The translations under genes were made by a program, and so were the position numbers. A DNA stretch of 64,000 nt from Crocinitomicaceae bacterium (GTDB taxonomy: Bacteria > Bacteroidota > Bacteroidia > Flavobacteriales_D > Crocinitomicaceae). Positions within the stretch are counted from its first letter, which is position 1. Each line of letters starts with the position of its first letter. Positions 11,401 through 19,502 of this stretch are shown here, piece by piece. Under the pieces are notes generated by a model. The model was given only the letters and a program-made list of their open reading frames with translations, had not been told where the DNA came from and did not search any database. Location of the stretch: the NCBI GenBank assembly GCA_039939375.1, contig JBDVJO010000005.1, positions 55,715-119,714 on the forward strand. The letters are read 5' to 3'.

Positions 11401-12111
11401 TGAGATAACACAATTATATGTTCCGCATGTTTGCCCAACAGACCAGGTTCCCCCGTTAAGAATCGTTCCATCTTGAGCTCCGTCATTTGTAGCTAAATCA
11501 GCCACTGTAGTTCCAGATCCAGTTTCACATTGATAAAGTATTTCAAGATCTGCTTCTGTTCCTACTAAACAGATGTCTTTATATGCGAAAATCTCCTCAG
11601 GTGTTCTTACTCCTGACCAAACTCTTATATTGTCATAATCCGCATTGGAATTTGTTGCCAAGTCATCACGGTCTCCAATTATCATTGGGTTTGCTGAATT
11701 AGCAATTCCCGGATGTATTGAGTTATCGGCCTCTACTCCATCTATGTAAACGACATAAGCCCCTGTAGGAGCAACTGTCACTGCATAATGGTGCCATTGA
11801 CCTGCTGTCATTCCATTTACTGTAACAGCATTTGAAGCGGTTCCATTCCCGACAAAAACCGTAAATGTTCCACCCGCATTAACGTAAGTATCAATTGGTC
11901 CTGCAATTGCCCCAGAACCTTTTGAAATTCCTGAATTCCAGTCTTGCAAGGTGTGCATGTACATTCTGTACTCAATGGTAAATCCGTTGGTTAAGTCAAA
12001 GTCGTAGGTTGTTTCAACTTTGTCAGATGTTCCAGGTAAGCTGACGGCTGTTTGCGCCATACCTGAGAAGGCTAATAAACTAAGCCCAAAAAATGTTAGT
12101 ACTTTTTTCAT
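8425..12111 (-). CDS. Type IX secretion system (T9SS) cargo protein: signal peptide, three LamG-like domains, three PKD/Ig-like repeats (about 80 aa each) and a C-terminal Por sorting domain
   Basis: 1228 aa. Signal peptide MKKVLTFFGLSLLAFSGMAQ. Repeats of TVDAGTDQTECENTMVTLNGAGAVTYAWDNAVTDGVAFTAPNGTTTYTVTGTDANGCQNTDMVDVTINALP x3. C-terminal ...LYPNPTNAEVTVEF...GIYFMTVTAGDQQMVKRIIKQ (CTD, TIGR04183-like). Confidence 0.8.
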   Translation of the reverse strand: MKKVLTFFGLSLLAFSGMAQTAVSLPGTSDKVETTYDFDLTNGFTIEYRMYMHTLQDWNSGISKGSGAIAGPIDTYVNAGGTFTVFVGNGTASNAVTVNGMTAGQWHHYAVTVAPTGAYVVYIDGVEADNSIHPGIANSANPMIIGDRDDLATNSNADYDNIRVWSGVRTPEEIFAYKDICLVGTEADLEILYQCETGSGTTVADLATNDGAQDGTILNGGTWSVGQTCGTYNCVISDQTITQADYNVICKADTIVELASSEVGLTYFLTDATNGDVVGSPLTGTGSALNWNTGEVMSTTTYEIVAKGFQPDYGVDLPQSNDFVQFANPNTSYSDAITVEAWVNGAAGVQAWAGQSTSLVDNMTENVWLWHSLGTEKEWRVNDNGVWDELNFPAMPAGWTHVATVADASGMYIYYDGVLVASNANGITGGMINNVNSVIEIGQDPRYSPGTSLRNTNVAFDDFRVWNVARTQDQIANNMTCISGAEAGLVQHTSFDEASGTAITSNVGSDGIIMNPSTNWVSGSGACTSCSITISDDFTITIDPIAEQTITQADYDACGTDDPLVSLASTQAGVNYYLRDNADNSVVDGPVLGTGGAIDLNGSTITNTTTYNVYATAAPKTALDFDGNDDLVDLGNQISTDLTGSTTITVEANVKAANTLGLGVVVGNYAYPTNANELQFMIRRSGDHYQFYIDPGTGYQHLDTPPGSVAVGEWQHVAGTWDGTTTKVYLDGVEVASTTAITGAGLITTSNSCVMGNNAINEEFTGVIDEVRIWNTTRTAGEISSNMTTCLSGNETGLVALYGMTDASGTTVTDLSGNANDGIMMNMDPATDWVTEEICTDCELELADQLTVTINPLPTVDAGTDQTECENTMVTLNGAGAVTYAWDNAVTDGVAFTAPNGTTTYTVTGTDANGCQNTDMVDVTINALPTVDAGTNVEQCDGAGDVTLSGTGNADTYTWDNGITDGVAFTPSVGTTTYMVTGEITATGCQTTDVVDVIVNALPTVDAGVDTTLCENATYTLSGAGADTYVWDNGVTDGVAFNVGAAATTIYTVTGTDANGCEDTDMVEIITVAGPTITAVITDELVGSDGAIDVTVTGGSGTFDFTWSNAETTEDISGLVGGTYTLTVDDGNCALDSTFTVLSSVGVEENTLTFNLYPNPTNAEVTVEFSQGFDAALLNLTDASGKLVLSTTIAGNKTQLNLSEFENGIYFMTVTAGDQQMVKRIIKQ

Positions 12112-12236
12112 AATAATAAATTAAATTCAAGCTGGTGAAGTCAAGTTGTTTTTTGTTTTTATTTAAGCCTCACACTTACTTAAAAAAGGTTATTTGATGT
12201 AAACAAACGAAACCACTTTGAGTATTCAATGAACTT

Positions 12237-12272
12237 TGTTCTGAATGACACTTTTTTGTTCTGAATGACATT
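12237..12272. promoter_or_regulatory. Two 16-bp direct repeats (TTGTTCTGAATGACAC / TTGTTCTGAATGACAT) spaced 20 bp centre to centre, about 125 bp upstream of the T9SS cargo gene start. Candidate transcription-factor site
   Basis: Read directly from the sequence at 12237-12252 and 12257-12272. Confidence 0.3.
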
Positions 12273-12297
12273 TTACGGCTTTAAAACGCACAAAAAA

Positions 12298-12321
12298 AGC
12301 CGCTCACTTTCGTGAACGGCT
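12298..12321 (-). terminator. Rho-independent (bidirectional-looking) terminator downstream of the TMEM43-family gene
   Basis: AGCCGCTCACTTTCGTGAACGGCT hairpin flanked by A7 (12292-12298) and T5 (12322-12326). The stem sequence is near-identical to the hairpin at 8369-8392. Confidence 0.65.
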
Positions 12322-12346
12322 TTTTATTTAAATGTATTTTAATCCA

Positions 12347-13525
12347 CTAAAAACTAGCTGCTTGTTTCTTTTTTCTTGCTCGAATATAGACGAGAATGAA
12401 GGCTGCAACACCTATACCAATTAATGAAAAAGCTAGAATTGGTCTGAACCTGATCCAGGCGATTCCAATTGTTAAGAAAGACAACAGGAAGGCCATCACT
12501 CCAGCAAACAAACCTATTCCAGCGCCAAGTATAGTGCCTAAAAGAGGAATTACATCAGCGATTACTTCTATTGGTTTAAACACTTTTCTTATACCGAACA
12601 TCATCATTAAAAAACCTGCTAAACGCAATGCCCAAGTCATTTTTGAGTTGTTGCTATGTGCTGTTTCAATCATGCTATCAGCACTTTTACTGCCACTTTC
12701 AATTAAAAACAAATCAGAGTTATTTTCGGTTTGATAATCGTCAAACGAGTTTCCGACCTGCTTTCCAATTATACTGTAAACTCCTTCTTTCAGTTCTTCA
12801 AATGAGACCTTAACGTCCCCAATTTGTGGTGATGAACTTGTTCCTCTACCTATATAAATGTGATTAGAAGTTACTTTGCCATTTGACGGACAAATCACTG
12901 ATGCTGGGTCTAAACTGATAGGTGTACCGCCACCTAATCCTTCAATCAATTCGTATTTAACATCAAAATCTCCTAATTTACCTGAAGACACTTGCATTCT
13001 AGAAGGCTCCACAGGGAACCCACCGGGGTTTTGATGACCATTGGGCTCTTCAAAATCTGCCGAATTTTTCAACGAAGACGACCATTGTTTTGTATAAGTA
13101 TATTCGGTGGTAGTAGTTTCACTACCTCCTAGGTTCTTATCTGTTTTGGAAGTTGATTCCTCCACCCACTGATACATTTCAACTTTTCTATTCAATTTTA
13201 ATTGGTTAGAAACTATACCAAAATCAAGATCTTTAACAGTATCTTCAGACGTAATTAATCCTGAAACGTGTATTAATTTTCCTTCATTATCAGGATCAAC
13301 CTTGTCAGCAGACACTTCTATAACTACAGCCGCGCCTTCGTCTAATGCTTTAGTTCTAGTAACCGCACGTCCTTCGTTCCACCACAGCAAAACGAATGAA
13401 GCAATGAATATTCCCAACCCAGCCAGTATTCCTTTAAAAGATCCTGCGATTCTCGATCCATATCCTTGTGTAGAAGTTTTAGTAACCTTGTGTCTTGCCA
13501 TTTGATTTAATTTTTGTGCTAACAT
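12347..13525 (-). CDS. TMEM43-family (former DUF1625) membrane protein
   Basis: 392 aa. N-terminal TM, a large extracytoplasmic domain with a YQWVE motif, and three C-terminal TM helices. This architecture is typical of bacterial TMEM43 homologues. Confidence 0.55.
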   Translation of the reverse strand: MLAQKLNQMARHKVTKTSTQGYGSRIAGSFKGILAGLGIFIASFVLLWWNEGRAVTRTKALDEGAAVVIEVSADKVDPDNEGKLIHVSGLITSEDTVKDLDFGIVSNQLKLNRKVEMYQWVEESTSKTDKNLGGSETTTTEYTYTKQWSSSLKNSADFEEPNGHQNPGGFPVEPSRMQVSSGKLGDFDVKYELIEGLGGGTPISLDPASVICPSNGKVTSNHIYIGRGTSSSPQIGDVKVSFEELKEGVYSIIGKQVGNSFDDYQTENNSDLFLIESGSKSADSMIETAHSNNSKMTWALRLAGFLMMMFGIRKVFKPIEVIADVIPLLGTILGAGIGLFAGVMAFLLSFLTIGIAWIRFRPILAFSLIGIGVAAFILVYIRARKKKQAASF

Positions 13526-13645
13526 AAAGCATTGTACTTAAACCAAGTACCGTTTTTAGGATGATTTTTAGAAAATCATCCTTTTGGATGACAAAACAAG
13601 AAGCGCACTGAAAGGTGTTATTAACCCTCTGGAAATATTTTTAAA

Positions 13646-14596
13646 TTAATGTCTATTGTCACATTTTAACCAAATGGATTTTTCATTTTTATCTGCAAAG
13701 GAAACATATGGACAACCAAATGAATGACTTTGAAATCCATAAATGATGGGGGATTTATTTTTAAATACGAATCCTGTAAACTGCAGCGTGGCCCAGCTAT
13801 TTTTTTGCCCGTTTAGCGGCTGAAGATAGGTTGATTCACTCTCAAAAAAGAAAGCAGAAGATATCTTTTTATTAGAATTCTCATCTGCAACAACCAAGTG
13901 ATAGCCAAACATGTTTTCTCTTGTTTGAACTTCTTGAACATAAAAATTTTTTCCATCCCAGTTGAAACGATACACGTCTTTACGGGTTTCTGGCAGCATA
14001 TACTTTGGTTTTTCTTCTGGTGTCAATTGCCAGATGAACTCAGAAGTATCCACTTTTTCCCAGATCATTTCAACGGCCTTGCCTGCATTAAATGGATTTT
14101 CAGCTGCCACACATGAGAAAATGGTTTGATTATAAGTTTCGGGTGTTTTGAAAGGAAGTTGAGTAGAATCTAACTCAAAACCGATTAAGTAATCCCAATT
14201 TTCTATTGGTGAATTGGGACCATAAGGAGTAAGATGAGCTGTTAATTTTAAGTCAATTACCTTGAACGAACTTACCTTGTTTTGATTTAAATTGTTAACG
14301 AATAAGATATCTGAATCTTTAATGCTGAGCTCATTCAGAAAACGCTCCCTGTATACACCTTTTACTTCATGATAATTGTCATTTGTATATTCAAACTCTC
14401 CTAAATTTTCTGGAGCGATAATGTTCTCTGTTTGATAATCGGCATAAGGAAAGGCATCTGACAGTACTACAAACCCACACTTAGGTTCGTTTTCTTCGTG
14501 AAGAATATAATAATTATAAACTTCCAATTCCTCTTTGACTTGAGCAAACGAATTAAAGAAGTTGAGACTAAGACTAAAGAGTATAAGATATTTCAT
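13646..14596 (-). CDS. Hypothetical secreted protein
   Basis: 316 aa. Signal peptide MKYLILFSLSLNFFNSFAQ. No recognisable motif. Confidence 0.5.
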   Translation of the reverse strand: MKYLILFSLSLNFFNSFAQVKEELEVYNYYILHEENEPKCGFVVLSDAFPYADYQTENIIAPENLGEFEYTNDNYHEVKGVYRERFLNELSIKDSDILFVNNLNQNKVSSFKVIDLKLTAHLTPYGPNSPIENWDYLIGFELDSTQLPFKTPETYNQTIFSCVAAENPFNAGKAVEMIWEKVDTSEFIWQLTPEEKPKYMLPETRKDVYRFNWDGKNFYVQEVQTRENMFGYHLVVADENSNKKISSAFFFESESTYLQPLNGQKNSWATLQFTGFVFKNKSPIIYGFQSHSFGCPYVSFADKNEKSIWLKCDNRH

Positions 14597-14707
14597 CTTT
14601 TTCTTTTAAAGAAACGTATTATAGCTTGCTAAATGAGCACATTTCTTCAGTATTTAACCCTTCTTTATTATTTGGGTACTCCAGCTTATTTTACGTTTTA
14701 AACCAGA

Positions 14708-14926
14708 CTATTTTTTAATTAAACGCAGTACTATTGATAACATCAACAAGACCCATGGGGTTCCATGCATTACAAAATCAAACCAATCTTTAGCCTCCAT
14801 TCCAACAGCTCCACCCATTATCCATTGAATTTTGCCCCAAATGTGGGGCGGATTAAATGGCGCCAACCCTAAAGTTAAGGAAGCCATGGCCCAAAGTGCT
14901 ATGTTTTTTTCAATTGCTTTTAACAT
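14708..14926 (-). CDS. Small two-TM membrane protein, first gene of the sulfur cluster operon
   Basis: 72-aa hydrophobic ORF, 9 bp from the downstream rhodanese gene. Confidence 0.4.
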   Translation of the reverse strand: MLKAIEKNIALWAMASLTLGLAPFNPPHIWGKIQWIMGGAVGMEAKDWFDFVMHGTPWVLLMLSIVLRLIKK

Positions 14927-14935
14927 TTGATTTAA

Positions 14936-15340
14936 TTATTTCCAATGACTGAAACCACCCTCTAATTCGAGCACATACTCAAAATTCAAAGCCTTAAACT
15001 GTCTTAAAGCTTGTGCGCTTCGGCCTCCTGAATGACAGAAAATCAAGGTTGGCATACTGCGATCTAATTTTCCTATTTGTGTTTTGAATGAAGAAGAATT
15101 ATAATCAATATTCACCGCTCCTTCAATGGTTCCTCTATTAAATTCACCGGCCGTTCTTACATCAATTAGCTGAACGTTTTTTAACGTTTGCAATTTTTGT
15201 TTGAATTCAGTTTGAGAAACCCTTTTAGCAATTTGGCCATTTGAACCTTGCAACTGCATTGCAGGTTTAATCATAGCTGTAAACCCTACATTTAAGGCAG
15301 CAAACGTTGCTGCCAACATCAATAATCTTAGCATTTTCAT
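14936..15340 (-). CDS. Rhodanese-domain sulfurtransferase, secreted or periplasmic (signal peptide)
   Basis: 134 aa. Signal peptide MKMLRLLMLAATFAA. Active-site loop FCHSGGRSAQA (Cys-X-X-Gly-X-Arg). Confidence 0.75.
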   Translation of the reverse strand: MKMLRLLMLAATFAALNVGFTAMIKPAMQLQGSNGQIAKRVSQTEFKQKLQTLKNVQLIDVRTAGEFNRGTIEGAVNIDYNSSSFKTQIGKLDRSMPTLIFCHSGGRSAQALRQFKALNFEYVLELEGGFSHWK

Positions 15341-15358
15341 AGTCTTATTTTCTTTAAT

Positions 15359-16768
15359 TTATGAAGTTGTTGGACAAACGAAATCTGTCAATTTGAAATC
15401 AGCTTTTTCTATGGCTTTAAATCCACCAAGCACATCAACGACATTATGAATTCCTCTTGCTTTTAAAATAGAAATCGCAATTACAGAGCGATATCCACCC
15501 AAGCAATGAACGTAGTTCGTTTTATCCGCATCAAACTTTTCAAGGTAGTTATTCAAATCATCTAAAGGGGCTGTACATGCTCCGTCAATATGCTCTGCAG
15601 CATACTCTCCAGGTTTTCTTACGTCACAAATCTTTACCTGATCTTCAGTTTGAATTTTAGCAAGGTCTTCGGCAGAAATACTGTCAAAAGAATCTACTTC
15701 TTTACCTGCCGCTTTCCAGGCTTCAAACCCTCCTTCAAGATATCCGATTACATTGTCAAATCCAACTCTAGATAATCTTGTAATTACTTCTTCTCTTCTA
15801 TCTTCTTCAGCGATTAACAAAATGGGTTGTTTTACATCTTTTATCAAGGCACCTACCCAAGGAGCAAATCCTCCGTCAATTCCTATAAATGTTGATTTAG
15901 GAATAAATCCTTTTGAAAAAACCGATTGATGTCTAGTATCTAAAAGTACCGCTCCAGTTTCATTTGCTGCTGCTTCAAAAGCTTCTACACTTAAGGCTTT
16001 TTCCGCTCTATTTAATACTTGATCAAAATCATCATACCCTTCTTTGTTCATCTTCACATTCAAAGGAAAATAAGCCGGAGGCGCCATCAAACCATCTGTT
16101 AATTCTTTTACGAATTCTTCTTTTGTCATATCAGCTCTTAAGGCATAATTTGTTGCCTTTTCATGACCAATTGACCCGACAGTTTCTGAACTCATATTTT
16201 TTCCACAAGCTGATCCCGCGCCGTGTCCTGGATATACAATTACCTCATCAGCCAGAGTCATTACTTTATTTCTTAAGCTATCGAATAAAATTCCCGCCAA
16301 GTCTTCTTGCGTCATTGAGGCTGCTTTTTGCGCCAAATCTGGTCGACCCACATCTCCTAGAAAAAGTGTATCCCCTGAAAACAAGGCATGATCTTTACCG
16401 TTCTCATCTATTAATAAATAACATGAACTCTCCATGGTATGGCCTGGCGTATGCAACAATTTAATGGTAACATTACCCAATTTGAATTCTTGACCGTCCT
16501 CAGCAATTGTTGCTTCAAAATCAGTATTTGCAGTAGGACCGTAAATGATAGGTGCGCCAGTTTCTTTTGCTAATGTTACGTGACCGCTTACAAAATCTGC
16601 ATGAAAGTGAGTTTCAAAAATATACTTGATTTTTGCTCCCCTCTCATCTGCCATTCTAATATACCCATCAACTGTTCTTAATGGATCAATAATCGCTGCT
16701 TCACCGTTACTTTCAATATAGTAAGCACCTTGTGCTAAACATCCTGTATATAATTGCTCTACTTTCAT
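15359..16768 (-). CDS. Persulfide dioxygenase–rhodanese fusion: an MBL-fold ETHE1-like domain followed by two rhodanese domains, CstB-like
   Basis: 469 aa. HFHADFVSGH and HTPGHT metal-binding motifs (MBL fold). C-terminal rhodanese modules with a catalytic VHCLGGYRS loop. Confidence 0.75.
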   Translation of the reverse strand: MKVEQLYTGCLAQGAYYIESNGEAAIIDPLRTVDGYIRMADERGAKIKYIFETHFHADFVSGHVTLAKETGAPIIYGPTANTDFEATIAEDGQEFKLGNVTIKLLHTPGHTMESSCYLLIDENGKDHALFSGDTLFLGDVGRPDLAQKAASMTQEDLAGILFDSLRNKVMTLADEVIVYPGHGAGSACGKNMSSETVGSIGHEKATNYALRADMTKEEFVKELTDGLMAPPAYFPLNVKMNKEGYDDFDQVLNRAEKALSVEAFEAAANETGAVLLDTRHQSVFSKGFIPKSTFIGIDGGFAPWVGALIKDVKQPILLIAEEDRREEVITRLSRVGFDNVIGYLEGGFEAWKAAGKEVDSFDSISAEDLAKIQTEDQVKICDVRKPGEYAAEHIDGACTAPLDDLNNYLEKFDADKTNYVHCLGGYRSVIAISILKARGIHNVVDVLGGFKAIEKADFKLTDFVCPTTS

Positions 16769-16825
16769 TTTCTTTAATTCTTATACAAAGTTAAGGCGAA
16801 TCTTCACAAATACTTGTGACTTTTA

Positions 16826-18604
16826 TCACTTTTCAGGTTTATTTTGACGTGCCACTCTTCCTTGCATTTCAACATCCTTTTCGCCAGTGTCTATAAATCT
16901 TACAGCTTCATGCGTTTTTACAAAAAGGTAATCTTCACCCAATGTTTTGATAATTTCACTTTTATAGATGATATCTCTAGTTGGACCAATTGCTCCTGAA
17001 ATGTAAAACTGAATGTCTTTTCTTTTTAATTCTTTGATCACATTAATCAATACAATTGCTCCTGTAGAATCTATATAATTCATGGATTCTGCATTCAATA
17101 TTACTGCTTTTAAAGCATCTCCTTTTGCCGTTACTTTTTCTGCTAGGATGCTCTTAAAGAATTCTGTGTTCCCAAAGTAAAGTTGTGAATCAAATCGGAT
17201 GATTAAAATGTCATTTCTTACCTCAACATCTTCTGAAAATCGATCAACATTTTTGAAATACTCAGTTCCTTTAATCCTTGCCAATTCGGCGACATGAGGT
17301 TTAGCTGTGCGGTAAACCAACAACAATAAGGAGAATAATATTCCAACGATAATACCGGCAATTATACCAACAAATAGTGTCACCAAAAAAGTAAGTGCTA
17401 AAAGCAAAAATTCATCTTTTCTCTTCGCCAATAATTGAAGTGGGTATTTAATATCAATCAAACCAAAAACAGCAACCATAATCACTGATGCAAGGATAGG
17501 CTTGGGTAAATAATAGAAAAGTGGTGTTAAGAAGAGTAAGGTTAATGCGATAACAATGGCAGCAAAAATGGATGCCATTCCAGTTTTCGCTCCAGCCTGA
17601 TTATTGACTGCTGATCTAGAAAATCCACCAGTTGTTGGATAAGCAGAAAAAATAGATCCGATAATATTAGCAAGCCCCAGTGCTCTTAACTCTTGATTTG
17701 GATTGATTTGGTAATCTTCATGTTGATGCTCTATTGATTTCCCTATAGATATTGCCTCCATAAAAGCCACTAAAGAAAGTGCAACGGCAATGGGAAGCAA
17801 GTCTAATATTTGGTCATAACTCACAGAAGGTAAATGTACTTCAGGTAGCCCTTTCGGAATCTCTCCGACAATCTGCACACCTTCTGAATGAAGTCCTGAG
17901 AAATACATCAATAAGATAGATCCTACCACTACTACAAGGGAAGCTGGAAATGATTTGCGCCATTTTTTAAACAGCATAATTACTGCTATTCCTGCTAGTC
18001 CAATTAGCACAGAATAGGTATTTAAAAGTGGAATTTTAGGCCAAACGTTTTGCAAGATTTCATGAAATCTACTAGATCGCTCAATATCTACACCTAACAA
18101 ATGTTTCAACTGACTTAAACCAATGATCAAAGCCGCAGCTGAAGTAAACCCGCTGATTACAGGTTTAGACAAGAAATTAACTAAAAAACCTCCCCTAAAT
18201 AAACCCAGCAATAATTGAATCCCCCCCATTAGCAAGGCAAGGAAAATCGCAGCCGATATGTAATCATCAATACCTGAAAACTTTAATGCTCCCAAACCAG
18301 AAGCCACCAACAATGAATCCATTGCTACGGGTCCTACTGACAACTGACGTGAAGTTCCTAAAATGGCATATATAATTTGAGGAACAAGTGCAGCATATAA
18401 ACCAAACTCTGGCGGTAACCCGGCTATCATAGCATAAGCCATACCTTGCGGAATTAGCAGAATGCCAACAGTTAATCCGGCTGGTATATCACCTTTTAAT
18501 TGCGCCTTTGAGTAGGTAGGCAACCAATTTAATATGGGTAGAAATTTTTTCAACTTTGTACAAAAATAGAATCCAAAACGACTAATTGATGTAGCATGGG
18601 TCAC
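16826..18604 (-). CDS. SulP-family anion (sulfate) permease with a C-terminal STAS domain
   Basis: 592 aa. Multi-TM core containing the LPILNWLPTYSK...DIPAGLTVGILLIPQGMAYA signature. The C-terminal portion carries a STAS fold. Confidence 0.85.
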   Translation of the reverse strand: MTHATSISRFGFYFCTKLKKFLPILNWLPTYSKAQLKGDIPAGLTVGILLIPQGMAYAMIAGLPPEFGLYAALVPQIIYAILGTSRQLSVGPVAMDSLLVASGLGALKFSGIDDYISAAIFLALLMGGIQLLLGLFRGGFLVNFLSKPVISGFTSAAALIIGLSQLKHLLGVDIERSSRFHEILQNVWPKIPLLNTYSVLIGLAGIAVIMLFKKWRKSFPASLVVVVGSILLMYFSGLHSEGVQIVGEIPKGLPEVHLPSVSYDQILDLLPIAVALSLVAFMEAISIGKSIEHQHEDYQINPNQELRALGLANIIGSIFSAYPTTGGFSRSAVNNQAGAKTGMASIFAAIVIALTLLFLTPLFYYLPKPILASVIMVAVFGLIDIKYPLQLLAKRKDEFLLLALTFLVTLFVGIIAGIIVGILFSLLLLVYRTAKPHVAELARIKGTEYFKNVDRFSEDVEVRNDILIIRFDSQLYFGNTEFFKSILAEKVTAKGDALKAVILNAESMNYIDSTGAIVLINVIKELKRKDIQFYISGAIGPTRDIIYKSEIIKTLGEDYLFVKTHEAVRFIDTGEKDVEMQGRVARQNKPEK

Positions 18605-18656
18605 ATAATTCTTTTACTCTTGGATTTATTGGCACTGTTTTGGTAACTTAGATGAT

Positions 18657-19166
18657 ATGAAAAACTGGACTTTCTTAATTTTCTTGCTTGTCGCAAACCT
18701 CACTTTTTCTCAGAACCCACAAGGTTTTGACAAGATGTGTAAAAATTATATCAAAGGAACTGTTCCGTTGGCAAAGCCGACACAGTTAAAATTTGAAATG
18801 TCTAAAAATTCATCTCTTTACATTTTAGATGCAAGAGAGCAATCAGAGTATGAAATCAGCCATATTAAAGGAGCCCGATTTATTGGTTATGACAAGTTCA
18901 AAATAGAGGTAGTCAAAGACATTCCGAAAGACGCAAAAGTTTACGTGTATTGTTCAATTGGTTATCGATCTGAAAAAATAGGCGAGAAACTGCAAAAAGA
19001 TGGCTTCACTAATGTGTATAATCTTTACGGAGGCATTTTTAATTGGGCAAATTCAGGATTTCCAGTTGAGAACAAAAACGGACAACCAACTAAGAAAGTT
19101 CATGGATACAATAAGAAATGGGCCAAATGGTTGAACGAAGAAAAATGCGAAGCTAAATTAGATTAA
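18657..19166 (+). CDS. Rhodanese-domain protein (secreted), divergently transcribed from the SulP gene
   Basis: 169 aa. Signal peptide. Catalytic loop YVYCSIGYRSEK. Confidence 0.7.
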   Translation: MKNWTFLIFLLVANLTFSQNPQGFDKMCKNYIKGTVPLAKPTQLKFEMSKNSSLYILDAREQSEYEISHIKGARFIGYDKFKIEVVKDIPKDAKVYVYCSIGYRSEKIGEKLQKDGFTNVYNLYGGIFNWANSGFPVENKNGQPTKKVHGYNKKWAKWLNEEKCEAKLD

Positions 19167-19172
19167 AAGAAA

Positions 19173-19199
19173 AAACCATCCTATTGGGATGGTTTTATA
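19173..19199 (+). terminator. Rho-independent terminator after the rhodanese gene
   Basis: AAACCATCC-tattg-GGATGGTTT hairpin followed by a T-rich run. Confidence 0.6.
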
Positions 19200-19220
19200 C
19201 TTTTTGCTTAAAAAAATGGC

Positions 19221-19367
19221 CTAGTGTCCACCTTCTTCTGCGTGATCTTCTTCTCCTTCTGCAGACTCGGTAGTGTCACCTTCTGCTTCCTCTTCTCCTC
19301 CACCACAGCTAGCAAATCCGAAAGAAATTCCTCCTACAAGGAACATCATGAATAATAACTTTTTCAT
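19221..19367 (-). CDS. Possible small acidic lipoprotein (48 aa), not in the ORF track because it is under 60 aa
   Basis: MKKLLFMMFLVGGISFGFASCGGGEEEAEGDTTESAEGEEDHAEEGGH. Signal peptide plus a lipobox-like FASC, then a low-complexity acidic tail. Confidence 0.3.
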   Translation of the reverse strand: MKKLLFMMFLVGGISFGFASCGGGEEEAEGDTTESAEGEEDHAEEGGH

Positions 19368-19502
19368 GTTGAAAAATTTAGGTTTATAAATACGTCATCC
19401 ACTCTGAACAACAGTTTGAATATAGTCATTTGAATTTTTTATTCCCAAATATAAACCGGTAATTTTTCACGTTCTGATGTGAACAACAAGAATATCAGAA
19501 GG

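Noticed and set aside
12396-12734. 112-aa plus-strand ORF inside the TMEM43 gene, plus many other 60-100-aa antisense ORFs in the track (for example 15964..16464, 22190..22441, 32035..32539, 34002..34568, 52582..52998)
   Set aside because: Each lies antisense within a well-supported longer CDS, which is a typical artefact in AT-rich DNA. They show no motifs and no signal peptides.
13570-13600. Perfect 11-bp hairpin AGGATGATTTT-tag-AAAATCATCCT between two minus-strand genes
   Set aside because: On the minus (transcribed) strand it is followed by an A-run, not a U-run, so it does not look like an intrinsic terminator for the upstream gene. It is noted only as a possible regulatory hairpin or repeat of unknown function.
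18620-18651. Candidate Bacteroidetes-type promoter (TTG at 18620-18622; TAACTTAG at 18644-18651) for the divergent rhodanese gene
   Set aside because: The match is to a degenerate consensus only, and it would give a leaderless transcript. That is plausible in this phylum, but the call rests on too weak a basis to make as a feature.
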